Counted from the first letter of the stretch, positions 1 to 9,682 are shown. The stretch: DNA of 64,000 bases from Clostridiales bacterium UBA7568 (GCA_002479075.1 DLLG01000004.1:245205-309204); one strand, 5' to 3'. The notes: generated by a model not told the origin, from the sequence alone. Program-made: numbers and translations.

Positions 1-166
1 TTATTGCCTTCCGAAAATTACGGCGGTATTGTTTTATGAACGGTTCAGCGATAAAAACCTTTTCATCGCCGCCTGCGTGTGCTATAATATAAAAAATGAA
101 ATTTTCTCAAATTCCGTTGAGAAAATCATCGCCCTGCTGCGACTAATGGGCAAAGGAGAAAAAAGT

Positions 167-757
167 ATGCCGAAAAATGAAAATATCGGAGCCGGAATGT
201 CCGAAAAGGACATTGGCGCAGAGCTTTATGAAAAGTGGCTCGGCGGCGAGGAGACGGCTTTTGACAAAATAATTGACATATATCACGACGGGCTGATATT
301 TTTCGTTTACGGTACGCTGAAAAACTTTGCCGATGCGGAGGATGTCGCGGCGGACGTTTTTGCGGAGCTTATCGTTCATAAAAACAGATATTCTTTTGGC
401 TGTTCGCTGAAAACTTATCTTTTTTCCGTCGCAAGGAACAAAGCGATAGACAGGCTGCGCAAGAGAAAACATATTGCGGACTCGGATATAAACGAAAACG
501 AAGAAAGCATATCGGACGGGAAACTCCTTGAAGAAAAGCTCATTTCAGACGAGCGGGCAAAGGTAGTTCGCGAAGCGCTTGAAACGATAAATAAAGAATA
601 TGCGCAGATACTCCGCCTGACCTATTTTTACGGTTTTTCGGGCGATGAGATATGTATCATAATGAAGAAAAACAAAAAGCAGACGGCAAATCTGCTTTAC
701 AGAGGTAAGGAAGCACTTAAAAAAGTTCTTGCCGAAAGGGGGATAGAGTCGATATGA
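167..757 (+). CDS. ECF-type (sigma-70 family) RNA polymerase sigma factor
   Basis: ORF 29..757. I moved the start to ATG 167, which follows AAAGGAG. Region 2-like (DVFAELIVHKNRY...ARNKAIDRLRKRK) and region 4 HTH-like (YAQILRLTYFYGFSGDEICIIMKKNKKQTANLLYRGKEALKK) segments are readable. Confidence 0.85.
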   Translation: MPKNENIGAGMSEKDIGAELYEKWLGGEETAFDKIIDIYHDGLIFFVYGTLKNFADAEDVAADVFAELIVHKNRYSFGCSLKTYLFSVARNKAIDRLRKRKHIADSDINENEESISDGKLLEEKLISDERAKVVREALETINKEYAQILRLTYFYGFSGDEICIIMKKNKKQTANLLYRGKEALKKVLAERGIESI

Positions 758-1485
758 AGGATATGAATGAATTCCGTCGCACGGTTTATGAAAAAGCCGA
801 AAATAAGGCGGCGGAGGAGAGAATGAGAAAGCTGAAGCTGAAAAAATTCGTGGTTTTTGCCGCGTGTTTTGCGCTCATAATAGCGCCTGCGCTCGTTGCG
901 CTCAAAACAAGCTCTAAAGACAAGAGCGAAGAAATTTATTATGAGGGCGGAAGTACGCCTGCCGCAGGCAAGGCCGAGGACGGAAGTCCGGGCGGCGGTT
1001 ACTACGGAGAGGCAACCAAGGCAACCTTTTATGACAATCCTATCGAGGAGGAGGCTGAGGGTACAACCCCGAAATACACTACGACAAGGCCCCGCTTTAC
1101 CGCAGCAAGCACAGCCGTAACGACGCGGGTGCAGACAACCGTTGCAACAACGACTCCGCTTTTATCGGGCACGGAGCCCGTTCCGACGTTGACTCAGTAT
1201 ATCCCCGACACGACAACGTATCGGCAAGCGGGTACCGCCGGCGGGATATTTGACGACTTTGCGGATGTGAAAATCGGCGGGAAGCTCGTTGCTCTCAAAA
1301 AGGGAATGTCTTATGCGGAGATACGCAATGCTCTCGGTGGAGAAGGAGAGGAAGTATCCGGCGCATCGGGCACATACAGCTGGAAAACAGACGACGCAAC
1401 TCTGGCCGTTCGGTTTGAGGTCGTCGGCTCTGACGAGAAGTATTCCGAAAGGCTGAAAGCCGTTTATTTTACCGCCATTCGCTGA
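754..1485 (+). CDS. single-pass membrane protein, putative anti-sigma factor (Thr/Pro-rich extracytoplasmic linker plus small C-terminal domain)
   Basis: Its start overlaps the sigma stop (ATGA at 754-757). It has a short N-terminal cytoplasmic part, one TM helix (FVVFAACFALIIAPALVAL) and a T/P/G-rich linker. No HxxxCxxC zinc motif was seen. The function is inferred from position only. Confidence 0.6.
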   Translation: MKDMNEFRRTVYEKAENKAAEERMRKLKLKKFVVFAACFALIIAPALVALKTSSKDKSEEIYYEGGSTPAAGKAEDGSPGGGYYGEATKATFYDNPIEEEAEGTTPKYTTTRPRFTAASTAVTTRVQTTVATTTPLLSGTEPVPTLTQYIPDTTTYRQAGTAGGIFDDFADVKIGGKLVALKKGMSYAEIRNALGGEGEEVSGASGTYSWKTDDATLAVRFEVVGSDEKYSERLKAVYFTAIR

Positions 1486-1527
1486 CCGAAACACATTATA
1501 ATAAGATTTTAAGGAGGATTTCCCGCA

Positions 1528-2829
1528 ATGAAAAGAATTTTTGCAATGATACTTGCGCTTTCGATGCTCGCGCTTGTGCTTTGCTCTTGCGCAAAGGCGA
1601 AGGTTGAGCCGAAGGTGACGAGGGGCGACCTGCCAAAAATCGAGCAGACTAATGCAAAAGCCGCAGGTGACCTGCTGAAGGATTTTGTTGCGACCAATGT
1701 TGAAGGCAAGGACGCAGACGACAAGTTCAGAAGCGGTATGCTTGATTTTGCCGTCAGGCTTATGCAGAGCACGCTCGATGAAGACAAAAAGAGCTCGCTC
1801 ATCTCGCCGCTTTCCGTGATAATAGCTCTCGGAATGACGGCAAACGGCGCAAACGGGGAAACGAAGGAAGAATTTGAAAAGCTGTTCGGATTTTCTGTCG
1901 ATGATGCGAACGCATACCTCTATACGCTAGCGCATTCACTTTACAGCGGTGACAAGGCGAAGGTTGAGCTTGCGAATTCGATCTGGTTCGGAAAAGACGG
2001 CAGAATAGCTGTTCACGATGATTTTTTGCAGGTAAACAAGAGCTATTACGACGCGCAGGCATACGAGGAGGACTTTTTCGATCAGAAAACCGTTGATAAA
2101 ATCAATAAATGGGTCAGCAAACACACGGACAAAATGATCGATGAGATCATCGATGCGATCGACTCAGATGCGGTTATGCTCCTTATAAACGCGCTCGTTT
2201 TCGACGCACTCTGGAGCAGGCAGTACGAGAATGGCCAATGCAAGAAAGGAACCTTTACGGCTTACGACAAGAGCAAAACCGACGCAACGTTTATGACAAG
2301 CGAGGAAACGCTCATAGCGACGAAAAATGCGGTCGGCTTCCGCAAATATTATGAGGGTGACTATGCTTTTGTTGCAATGCTGCCGGACGGCGACGTTTTT
2401 GATTATGTAAATTCTCTTTCGGGCGAGGAGCTCGGGCAGATTCTTTCGGGAAAGAAAAATGACACCGGACGCCGCGCGATCGCATATCTGCCGAAATTCG
2501 AATACGACTATGATATAGACCTCTATAAAGCGCTTTACTCGATGGGGCTGAAAAAGGCGTTCTCTCCCGCGGAAGCAGACCTTTCCGGCATAGGCTCTTC
2601 GCCTTACGGCAATCTCTATATAGGGGCGGTACTGCACAAAACGCATATCGAAATGACACAGGCGGGAACGAGAGCGGCGGCTGTGACGGCTGTTATTGTA
2701 TATGCCGAAGGGGAACCTGTTCCGAAAAAGACCGTTGACGTAAAGCTTGACAGACCGTTTGTTTATTATATAGTCGATTGCAAAACAAACCTTCCGCTCT
2801 TTATGGGAGTTGTTACTGAAGTAAATTGA
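1528..2829 (+). CDS. serpin-family serine protease inhibitor, lipoprotein
   Basis: AAGGAGG RBS. Lipobox LVLCSC. Serpin motifs SPLSVIIALGMTANGANGETKEE, hinge/RCL EMTQAGTRAAAVTAV (nt 2665-2730) and C-terminal DRPFVYYIV...LPLFMGVV. Confidence 0.9.
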   Translation: MKRIFAMILALSMLALVLCSCAKAKVEPKVTRGDLPKIEQTNAKAAGDLLKDFVATNVEGKDADDKFRSGMLDFAVRLMQSTLDEDKKSSLISPLSVIIALGMTANGANGETKEEFEKLFGFSVDDANAYLYTLAHSLYSGDKAKVELANSIWFGKDGRIAVHDDFLQVNKSYYDAQAYEEDFFDQKTVDKINKWVSKHTDKMIDEIIDAIDSDAVMLLINALVFDALWSRQYENGQCKKGTFTAYDKSKTDATFMTSEETLIATKNAVGFRKYYEGDYAFVAMLPDGDVFDYVNSLSGEELGQILSGKKNDTGRRAIAYLPKFEYDYDIDLYKALYSMGLKKAFSPAEADLSGIGSSPYGNLYIGAVLHKTHIEMTQAGTRAAAVTAVIVYAEGEPVPKKTVDVKLDRPFVYYIVDCKTNLPLFMGVVTEVN

Positions 2830-2840
2830 ACACGATAACA

Positions 2841-2875
2841 AAAAAACGGCGCGGCGAAAGCCGTGCTGTTTTTAT
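2841..2875. terminator. bidirectional rho-independent terminator between convergent genes
   Basis: A-run, then a 10-bp stem acggcgcggc/gccgtgctgt (8 Watson-Crick plus 2 G-U pairs), a GAAA loop and a T-run. Confidence 0.75.
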
Positions 2876-2927
2876 TGCAATTTTATACTTGTGTATAAAT
2901 CCGAAAATGCAGATAAGATAAGGGAAT

Positions 2928-4064
2928 TCAGCCTTGCGGCTTTTGTTTTATGACCTTTCGCAGAATCGGAAGATATACGTCCTGATCCCTTATCGGACAT
3001 CCGACGGTCTCGCCGCAAAGACAGAGCTTTGTGCATTTTCCGCAGGCAATACATACTTTTTTTCTGTCTGCATTGCCGGACAAAAAATCGCTTGCAAAGC
3101 TTTCATATGCGAGAGCCATTCTGCCAAATCCCGCAACGTCGCAAACCTTTTCGGCGATCGCTCCTGCGGCAACATTCGGCGCAAGCTCTTTGAAATAACT
3201 CATTCCGGAGGCGATGACGCATATATTCGGTACAGTTTCTTTTATCAGCTTTGCCGCCGCGAGAAGCTGCTCCGCATCTGCAATCGGGTGTCGCGTGGGA
3301 GCGGCTTGCGGAATATTTGAAGGGCAGGCAAGATCCGGCGAGATTGCTGTTACGCTTATTGCCGATAGCCCCTTTTCCGCAAGATCATAGAGAATGGAGA
3401 TGTCAGGATTCGGCGAGATTTCATTATGAAAATATTTCAGGGAGATTACGGCATCCTCCGGAGAGACGGCGAGAACCGCATCAAAAATCTTTGAGATCAG
3501 CAAGCGGCGCTCTGCCTGCGAATCCGGAAAAACGCATATTTCTATTCCGTCAAAGCCCGCCTCGAAGGCAGCCCCGGCGGCTTTTGCAAAAAGCATCGGA
3601 AGCTCGCCTTCGGGTGCTTTTTTCGGCGGACAATCCGCGGACAGCTGAAAAATCAATAATCCCGAAAAGACTGATCTCATCTTGTTTATCAGAGATTTAT
3701 ACTTTTGTATATTATGTTCCGATATGAAAAGATCTCCGCCGGCGGGGGCGGACTCCGATACGCTTGCGGGACCGCAGAAAACAAGCCCTGCGCCGCAACC
3801 GGCGTATTTTACCCAGCGCCTCTCCGTAAGGCGGGACGGAGCTCCGTCCGCCGCTGCGTCAAGGCAGTTTACCGGCAGAACGGCGAGCGAATTTTGCAGC
3901 GTGACCGTCCCTCCGCCCTTTGAGCGGAGCCGCACTTTGCCGGAGAGGGGCGATACATCGCGCGACAGGGGAATATCAAAGCCCTCCCGCCTGCAAATGT
4001 ACGAAAGCTCGGGGACGGTTGCAAAGCTATACGAAAATCTTGTCTTTTTTTCGTATGGGAACAT
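2928..4064 (-). CDS. NADH:flavin oxidoreductase (Old Yellow Enzyme-like TIM barrel) with C-terminal Cys cluster
   Basis: OYE-like blocks AGFDGIEI and CDVAGFGRMALAYESF. C-terminal CIACGKCTKLCLCGETVGCP. The start overlaps the pfk stop (TAATG). Confidence 0.6.
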   Translation of the reverse strand: MFPYEKKTRFSYSFATVPELSYICRREGFDIPLSRDVSPLSGKVRLRSKGGGTVTLQNSLAVLPVNCLDAAADGAPSRLTERRWVKYAGCGAGLVFCGPASVSESAPAGGDLFISEHNIQKYKSLINKMRSVFSGLLIFQLSADCPPKKAPEGELPMLFAKAAGAAFEAGFDGIEICVFPDSQAERRLLISKIFDAVLAVSPEDAVISLKYFHNEISPNPDISILYDLAEKGLSAISVTAISPDLACPSNIPQAAPTRHPIADAEQLLAAAKLIKETVPNICVIASGMSYFKELAPNVAAGAIAEKVCDVAGFGRMALAYESFASDFLSGNADRKKVCIACGKCTKLCLCGETVGCPIRDQDVYLPILRKVIKQKPQG

Positions 4065-5293
4065 TATTTGAGCGTTATAAAATCGGGCAAGCCGTTTTTA
4101 TATGTGCAGTCCGCCTCGCCCATTATCAGCGGGGCGATATAATTTACGCAGTCCGCCGTAACGTTGTTTCCGCGCTCTGTGATGAATTCTCTCGGCACGC
4201 TTCTGACAGCGTTTGCGACGGAGGCGATATCGCAAAGCCCGGCTTCGCATTTGTAAGGCTCGGACGACGTGCGTACAAAGCAGGTCATTTTGCCCGTCTC
4301 GCCGCTGACGGCATAATTTGCCGCTGCCTTGCCGACCATAACGGATTCATCGATGTCTGTCTTTGAGCGGATGTGCGCGGCGCATCTTTGGGGGAGATTA
4401 AGCTCGATTGAACGAACCTTGCAGCCGAACTTTTCCTTGACGGCAAGCTCAAGCGCTTTTCCCGTGCCGGAGAGATATTTGTGACCGAAAACGTCGACAG
4501 CGCCGCTCTGTGTGCCTTCGCCGACGTATGTTCCGTCTGCCGTACGCGCGCCTTCCGAAACCGCAACGACAACGTTCGGATGCTTTTCAAACGCCGCCGC
4601 AATGTCCTCATAGAATTTGTCGTAATCGAAGGGGACTTCGGGGAGGTAAACGAGGTCGGGAGCTATGCCGGAAAGAGAGGGAAGAGCCGCCGCTGCCGTG
4701 AGCCAGCCTGCGTCACGCCCCATTATTTCGATTATCGTAACCGCTTTGACCGTGTAAACAGCCGTATCGAGGAGGATCTCCTGCGTTACAGCCGCAATAT
4801 ATTTTGCGGCGGAGCCGAAACCGGGGGTGTGATCCGTGCCGGCGAGGTCGTTGTCGATTGTTTTCGGAACGCCCATCACACGCATATCAAAGCCGACGGA
4901 GGCGCAATAGCGGGAGAGCTTTGCGACGGTATCCATCGAGTCGTTTCCGCCGATATAGAAGAAGTAGCGGATGTTGTATTTTTTGAAGATTTCAATGAGT
5001 TTTTCAAAGGTTGCGGGATCGTCCTCGGGCTTCGGGAGCTTCTTTCTGCAGGAGCCGAGAGCGGCGGCGGGAGTCTGCTCGAGGAGCTTGAGCGATGCCT
5101 CGTCCGGAAGCTTTTCGCCGAGGTCGCAGAAGCGCTCTGCGAGCACGCCTTCGATACCGTTTATCGCGCCATAGATTTTGCCGATGCAATCCGCTTCCTT
5201 GCAGCCGCGGACAACGCCGGAAAGAGTTGCGTTTATGGCGGCTGTCGGTCCGCCGGACTGGCCTATTACAGCATTTCCGATGAGTTTGTTCAT
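4064..5293 (-). CDS. pfkA: 6-phosphofructokinase, PfkA family (long form, probably PPi-dependent clade)
   Basis: N-terminal IGQSGGPTAAINATLSGVV, GGNDS where ATP-dependent PFKs have GGDGS, and VPKTIDNDL. A TTGAAA-17-TATACT promoter lies upstream. Confidence 0.85.
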   Translation of the reverse strand: MNKLIGNAVIGQSGGPTAAINATLSGVVRGCKEADCIGKIYGAINGIEGVLAERFCDLGEKLPDEASLKLLEQTPAAALGSCRKKLPKPEDDPATFEKLIEIFKKYNIRYFFYIGGNDSMDTVAKLSRYCASVGFDMRVMGVPKTIDNDLAGTDHTPGFGSAAKYIAAVTQEILLDTAVYTVKAVTIIEIMGRDAGWLTAAAALPSLSGIAPDLVYLPEVPFDYDKFYEDIAAAFEKHPNVVVAVSEGARTADGTYVGEGTQSGAVDVFGHKYLSGTGKALELAVKEKFGCKVRSIELNLPQRCAAHIRSKTDIDESVMVGKAAANYAVSGETGKMTCFVRTSSEPYKCEAGLCDIASVANAVRSVPREFITERGNNVTADCVNYIAPLIMGEADCTYKNGLPDFITLK

Positions 5294-5456
5294 ATATTGA
5301 ATTTCCTTTCATAAAGCAAAATTTTACATATTAAGTATACCACGTGCGCAGCGCATTTTCAACACCTTTCGCAACTTTCCGCAAAAAAATATTATGCAAA
5401 TAAAAAATCGGGATTACCAAGCAATGAAGCCGGAATTCCGATTTTATACCATTGTA

Positions 5457-6584
5457 TTAAAAGTCTGTCTGTATCTGCGAAAGAGCAGAAGGAGCGATTC
5501 TTTTATCGAACACCTTGCCCTTCGGCACGCCGCGGAAAATATTGCTCATTATGCGCATTTTTCCGCCGTCCGTCGGCTCTGTTATTCTCCAGGCAAAAAT
5601 ATGACTTCCGACAGGCTCCGGAAAAATTTCGGACGGGCGGACGCCCCCCTCATACCCTGAGGAGAAGCCCTCTCCGGCACCTTCGCAGACGTTGAACTCA
5701 AAGGAGACATTTTTGCCGATTTTATCTCTTATCTCGTACGCCGCAAGACCGTAGTTATACATAGTGTTGCTGGCGAACTTTATGTTTTCGAAGTCGCCGC
5801 AGTCAGAGCCGCCTTGCGTTGTAAAGCACGAGTCGTATATTTCGAGAAATTCGCAATTTTCAATCTTACAGTCCTTCGCGCCGTTCCAGAATTCTATGGC
5901 GTTGCCGTAACGTATTCTGCGCTCTTTGTTCCATACGCAGCCGCCGATGAAATCGAAGCGGCAATCCGAAATTTCAATGTCCGTCGGCTTTGTCTGCGCA
6001 TAGCCGTGAAGTCCGGAACAGAGGAAATGCAGACCTTCAAAGCGGACGTGATTTTTTCCGCCGGTAAGACAGCGACGTCCGAAAAGCGCGATTTCGATGT
6101 CGCCGAAGGCTACCGCCGGATTTTTCTCAGAATAAATCAGAAATTCCGAGCTCTGCGGTACGTTATCCTGGCAACCGTAGTCCGAAAACCACCAGTCGCC
6201 GCTTGCTTTGAGATCTTTCTTTTCCCAGACGAGCGTTCCGAAGCCGCGCCCGAGCCCGAAAACGACGTTGCCCGGCTCGCTCGGCAACTGTACCCGCAGG
6301 CGGTACACATTCTTTTCCGTCTCCTCCCAGAACCATTCGGCGGAGCAATTCTTCGAGCCGAAAAACTGCGGGGCGGGACCTTCTCCGTAGGTTTTGAAGG
6401 TTATGGGCTTTCCCGGCTCGCCGTCCGGAGAGAAAATGCCGCATCTGTATTCGCTGCCGCGGCGGAAATATACTGTATCTCCGGCGGAAAGGGAGAGACC
6501 TGTGTGCGAGGGAAGAGGGGAGGAGGGAGATCTGCCGTCGTTGCTTTCAAGGCCGGCAAGTGAATCTATATAGTATTCAGCCAT
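5457..6584 (-). CDS. right-handed parallel beta-helix repeat protein (pectate-lyase-like fold), function unknown
   Basis: Good RBS (AAGGAG). Repetitive beta-helix-like segments (e.g. CRFDFIGGCVWN..., IENCEFLEIYDSCFTTQGG). No signal peptide seen. Confidence 0.6.
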   Translation of the reverse strand: MAEYYIDSLAGLESNDGRSPSSPLPSHTGLSLSAGDTVYFRRGSEYRCGIFSPDGEPGKPITFKTYGEGPAPQFFGSKNCSAEWFWEETEKNVYRLRVQLPSEPGNVVFGLGRGFGTLVWEKKDLKASGDWWFSDYGCQDNVPQSSEFLIYSEKNPAVAFGDIEIALFGRRCLTGGKNHVRFEGLHFLCSGLHGYAQTKPTDIEISDCRFDFIGGCVWNKERRIRYGNAIEFWNGAKDCKIENCEFLEIYDSCFTTQGGSDCGDFENIKFASNTMYNYGLAAYEIRDKIGKNVSFEFNVCEGAGEGFSSGYEGGVRPSEIFPEPVGSHIFAWRITEPTDGGKMRIMSNIFRGVPKGKVFDKRIAPSALSQIQTDF

Positions 6585-6674
6585 TTTTCAAGGCTCCTTT
6601 TTCGTTTTCTAAAATTGTATCACCCCTGCGGCGGAGTGTCAAGTGGCCGTTGCGCGGCATTTTTTATAAAACTA

Positions 6675-6703
6675 TTGACACGGATGCGAAATCACGCTAT
6701 AAT
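6675..6703 (+). promoter_or_regulatory. consensus sigma-A promoter for the ABC transporter operon
   Basis: TTGACA (6675-6680), 17-nt spacer, TATAAT (6698-6703). Confidence 0.7.
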
Positions 6704-6771
6704 TTGATGCAGAACATATGATATAAATCCTCGGCGGAGGTCGGGGAGATATTTTTCGGGAAAGGAAACGT

Positions 6772-7686
6772 ATGGAGAACATAATTGAAATAAATCATCT
6801 CTGCAAGTCGTTTGGCGACGTAAAAGCGGTTTCCGATCTTTCTCTGCGGGTCAAAACCGGCGAGCTTTTTGCGTTTCTTGGCGTGAACGGAGCGGGCAAA
6901 TCGACGACGATCTCAATAATCTGCGGTCAGCTCGCAAAGGACGAGGGAGAGGTTTTCGTCTGCGGCGAGAGCATTGACGGAAATATGAAGGAAATAAAAA
7001 AGAATATCGGAGTTGTGTTCCAGAATTCTGCGCTTGATATGGCGCTTTCCGTCAGGGACAATCTCCGCAGTCGCGCCGCGCTTTACGGCATAAGCGGAAA
7101 AGAATTTACAAAAAGGCTCTCCGAGCTTGCCGAACTGCTCGATTTTGAAAAGCTGCTCGGAAGGACTGTCGGAAAGCTGTCCGGCGGGCAGAGAAGAAGA
7201 ATAGACATTGCCAGAGCCCTTCTTCACAGACCGAAGATACTCATTCTCGATGAGCCGACGACGGGTCTTGACCCGCAGACGAGAAAGCTGCTCTGGAATG
7301 TTGTTCAGAATCTTCGCAAAACGGATAATATGACGGTTTTTCTGACGACTCATTATATGGAGGAAGCAGCCGATGCGGATTACGTCATCATTCTGGACAG
7401 CGGAAAAATATCGGCAGAGGGTACTCCGCTTGAACTGAAAAACAAGTATACCGGCGACTTTATAACGCTCTATAATCCGACAGAGGCTGCGCTTTCGGAG
7501 CTCGGACTTCCTTACGAGGCGATAAGGGACGCGGCGAGAATTGCCGTCAAAAACACGGCTGAGGCGACCGCCCTCATAACAAAACACCCCGAAATATTTA
7601 CGGATTACGAGATAACCAAGGGCAAAATGGACGATGTTTTCCTTGCGGTTACGGGCAAAAAGCTGACGGGAGGTGCAGAAAAATGA
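6772..7686 (+). CDS. ABC transporter ATP-binding protein (ABC-2/DrrA-like)
   Basis: Walker A GVNGAGKST, signature LSGGQRRR, Walker B ILILDEP. Confidence 0.9.
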   Translation: MENIIEINHLCKSFGDVKAVSDLSLRVKTGELFAFLGVNGAGKSTTISIICGQLAKDEGEVFVCGESIDGNMKEIKKNIGVVFQNSALDMALSVRDNLRSRAALYGISGKEFTKRLSELAELLDFEKLLGRTVGKLSGGQRRRIDIARALLHRPKILILDEPTTGLDPQTRKLLWNVVQNLRKTDNMTVFLTTHYMEEAADADYVIILDSGKISAEGTPLELKNKYTGDFITLYNPTEAALSELGLPYEAIRDAARIAVKNTAEATALITKHPEIFTDYEITKGKMDDVFLAVTGKKLTGGAEK

Positions 7687-8579
7687 CGGGACTCTGGAGC
7701 CTGACGAGGCGAAACGTCAAGCTGTTTTTCAAGGACAAGGGAATGTTTATTTCGTCGCTTATAACGCCGATCGTGCTCCTTGTGCTTTATGCAACGTTTC
7801 TTGCAAACGTATATAGAGAAAGCTTTGAAACTGCCGTCAAGGGGATGAACATCGATCACGCGATCATCGACGGGACCGTCGGCGGGCAGCTCATATCTTC
7901 GCTCCTCGCCGTCTGCTGTGTGACTGTCGCATTCTGCTCAAACCTGCTTATGATACAGGACAAGACGAGTGGCGCAAGAGCGGATATAACGGTTTCTCCC
8001 GTTAAAAAATCGACAATTGCGATAAGCTATTTCCTCGCCTCCGCCTTTGCAACTCTCATCATCGGCTTTGCGGCTCTCGGCGCGGGACTGCTTTATCTTC
8101 TCAAAATGGGCTGGTATATGTCGCTTTCGGACGTACTGCTGATGGCGCTTGACGTCTTTCTCCTGACGCTCTTCGGAACGGCGCTTTCGTCCTGCGTCAA
8201 CTTCCCGCTTTCGACAAGCGGTCAGGCGTCTGCTGTCGGGACGATTGTCAGCGCGGGTTACGGTTTTATATGCGGAGCCTATATGCCGATATCGAGCTTC
8301 TCGAGCGGACTTCAGAAGGTCATTTCGTTTTTGCCCGGAACATACGGAACGAGCCTGCTCCGCAATCACGCCCTGCGCGGCGTATATGCCGAAATGGCGA
8401 ATATCGGTTTTCCGGCGGAGGTCGTCGACAGCATAAAGGACTCAATCGACTGCAATATCTATTTCTTCGGGACGAAGGTATCCGAGACGGCGATGTATGC
8501 CGTGCTTGCCGGCGCAATGCTGCTGTTTGTCGGCGTTTACGTGCTGATGAACGTGCTCAAAAAAGCGAGAAAAAGATAA
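7683..8579 (+). CDS. ABC-2 type transporter permease
   Basis: Overlaps the ATPase stop by 4 nt. Multi-pass hydrophobic protein. Confidence 0.85.
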   Translation: MTGLWSLTRRNVKLFFKDKGMFISSLITPIVLLVLYATFLANVYRESFETAVKGMNIDHAIIDGTVGGQLISSLLAVCCVTVAFCSNLLMIQDKTSGARADITVSPVKKSTIAISYFLASAFATLIIGFAALGAGLLYLLKMGWYMSLSDVLLMALDVFLLTLFGTALSSCVNFPLSTSGQASAVGTIVSAGYGFICGAYMPISSFSSGLQKVISFLPGTYGTSLLRNHALRGVYAEMANIGFPAEVVDSIKDSIDCNIYFFGTKVSETAMYAVLAGAMLLFVGVYVLMNVLKKARKR

Positions 8580-8584
8580 TTTGG

Positions 8585-8611
8585 GATGCCCTCGGTTCGG
8601 GGGCATTTTTT
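8585..8611 (+). terminator. rho-independent terminator
   Basis: Stem atgccc/gggcat followed by a T-run. Confidence 0.55.
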
Positions 8612-8677
8612 GATGATAGCAAAATAAGTCGAGAGATATCTTTCTCAAAGGTGTAAAATGCTTTTCGTAAGGAGGCG

Positions 8678-9565
8678 ATGACGGTGACGGAAGCTATACT
8701 CGCGGTTCAGCGTATGCAGGACTATATCAAAGCCAACGCAGAGGAGAAAATAACGCCGAAGGGACTTTCTTCTGTCTCATATTATTCTCCGTGGTATTCA
8801 TACAGGCTTTTCAAAGCGCTTACCGGGCTGACTCCGGCAGACTATGTTCGTCGACTGCGGCTTTCGGGAGCGGCGACGAAATTGAAAGCAGGAACTTGCA
8901 GAATAATCGACGTTGCGCTTGAAAGCGGCTATGGAAGCGTCGATGGATTTACAAGAGCGTTTTTTCACGAATTCGGTTGCACACCCCGCGAATATGCCGA
9001 AAATCCGATACCGATAACGCTTTTCGTTCCTTACGGCGTTAAATTCAGAAGTCTGAGAAAGGAGAACTGCAATATGGAAAACGTTAAAAGCGTGTTTGTT
9101 TCAAGGATTGAAAAACCGGAAAGAAAGGCTTTGGTCAAAAGAGGTGTAAAGGCGAAGGAGTATTTTGAATACTGCGGCGAGGTCGGCTGCGACATATGGG
9201 GGCTACTGCTCAGTATGGATTCCCTCTGCGGAGAGCCGGTTTGCCTTTATCTTCCCGAAAAGCTGATAAAGCCGGGAACATCCGAATATGTTCAGGGAGT
9301 CGAGGTGCCCGTCGATTACAGCGGCGACATTCCCGAAGGGTTCGATATTATCGACCTGCCCGCGGCGGAATACCTGATGTTCACAGGCGAGCCGTTTGAG
9401 GAAGAGGATTATTCCGGGGCGATCGCACAGGTCAAAGCGGCGATAAAAAAATTCAATCCTGAGAATATCGGTTTTGAATGGGACAGGGAAAATCCCGCAA
9501 TCCAGCTTGAGCCGATCGGCTCGCGCGGATATATCGAGCTGCACCCGATAAAGAAAGCAAAATAA
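8678..9565 (+). CDS. AraC-family transcriptional regulator with GyrI-like effector-binding C-terminal domain
   Basis: AraC HTH blocks (LTPADYVRRLRL, GFTRAFFHEFGCTPREY). C-terminal half is GyrI-like. The start may instead be GTG 8684, which has better SD spacing. Confidence 0.8.
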   Translation: MTVTEAILAVQRMQDYIKANAEEKITPKGLSSVSYYSPWYSYRLFKALTGLTPADYVRRLRLSGAATKLKAGTCRIIDVALESGYGSVDGFTRAFFHEFGCTPREYAENPIPITLFVPYGVKFRSLRKENCNMENVKSVFVSRIEKPERKALVKRGVKAKEYFEYCGEVGCDIWGLLLSMDSLCGEPVCLYLPEKLIKPGTSEYVQGVEVPVDYSGDIPEGFDIIDLPAAEYLMFTGEPFEEEDYSGAIAQVKAAIKKFNPENIGFEWDRENPAIQLEPIGSRGYIELHPIKKAK

Positions 9566-9572
9566 AAGAAAA

Positions 9573-9607
9573 CAGCCCCTTCTGCTTGTCTGAGGGGCTG
9601 TCCTTTT
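9573..9607 (+). terminator. rho-independent terminator
   Basis: Stem cagcccct/aggggctg followed by tcctttt. Confidence 0.6.
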
Positions 9608-9682
9608 ATGTAAACGGCTTAAAGCGCGAAAAAATCTGTGCGGACTCAATTTTTTTGAAAAATTCAAAAATTTCAAAAAATC

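Noticed and set aside
1-166. An ECF-type (AAC...CGT) autoregulatory promoter upstream of the first sigma gene.
   Set aside because: Only a sigma-A-like TGCTATAAT (88-96) is evident. The window edge truncates the upstream region, so an ECF promoter can be neither supported nor excluded.
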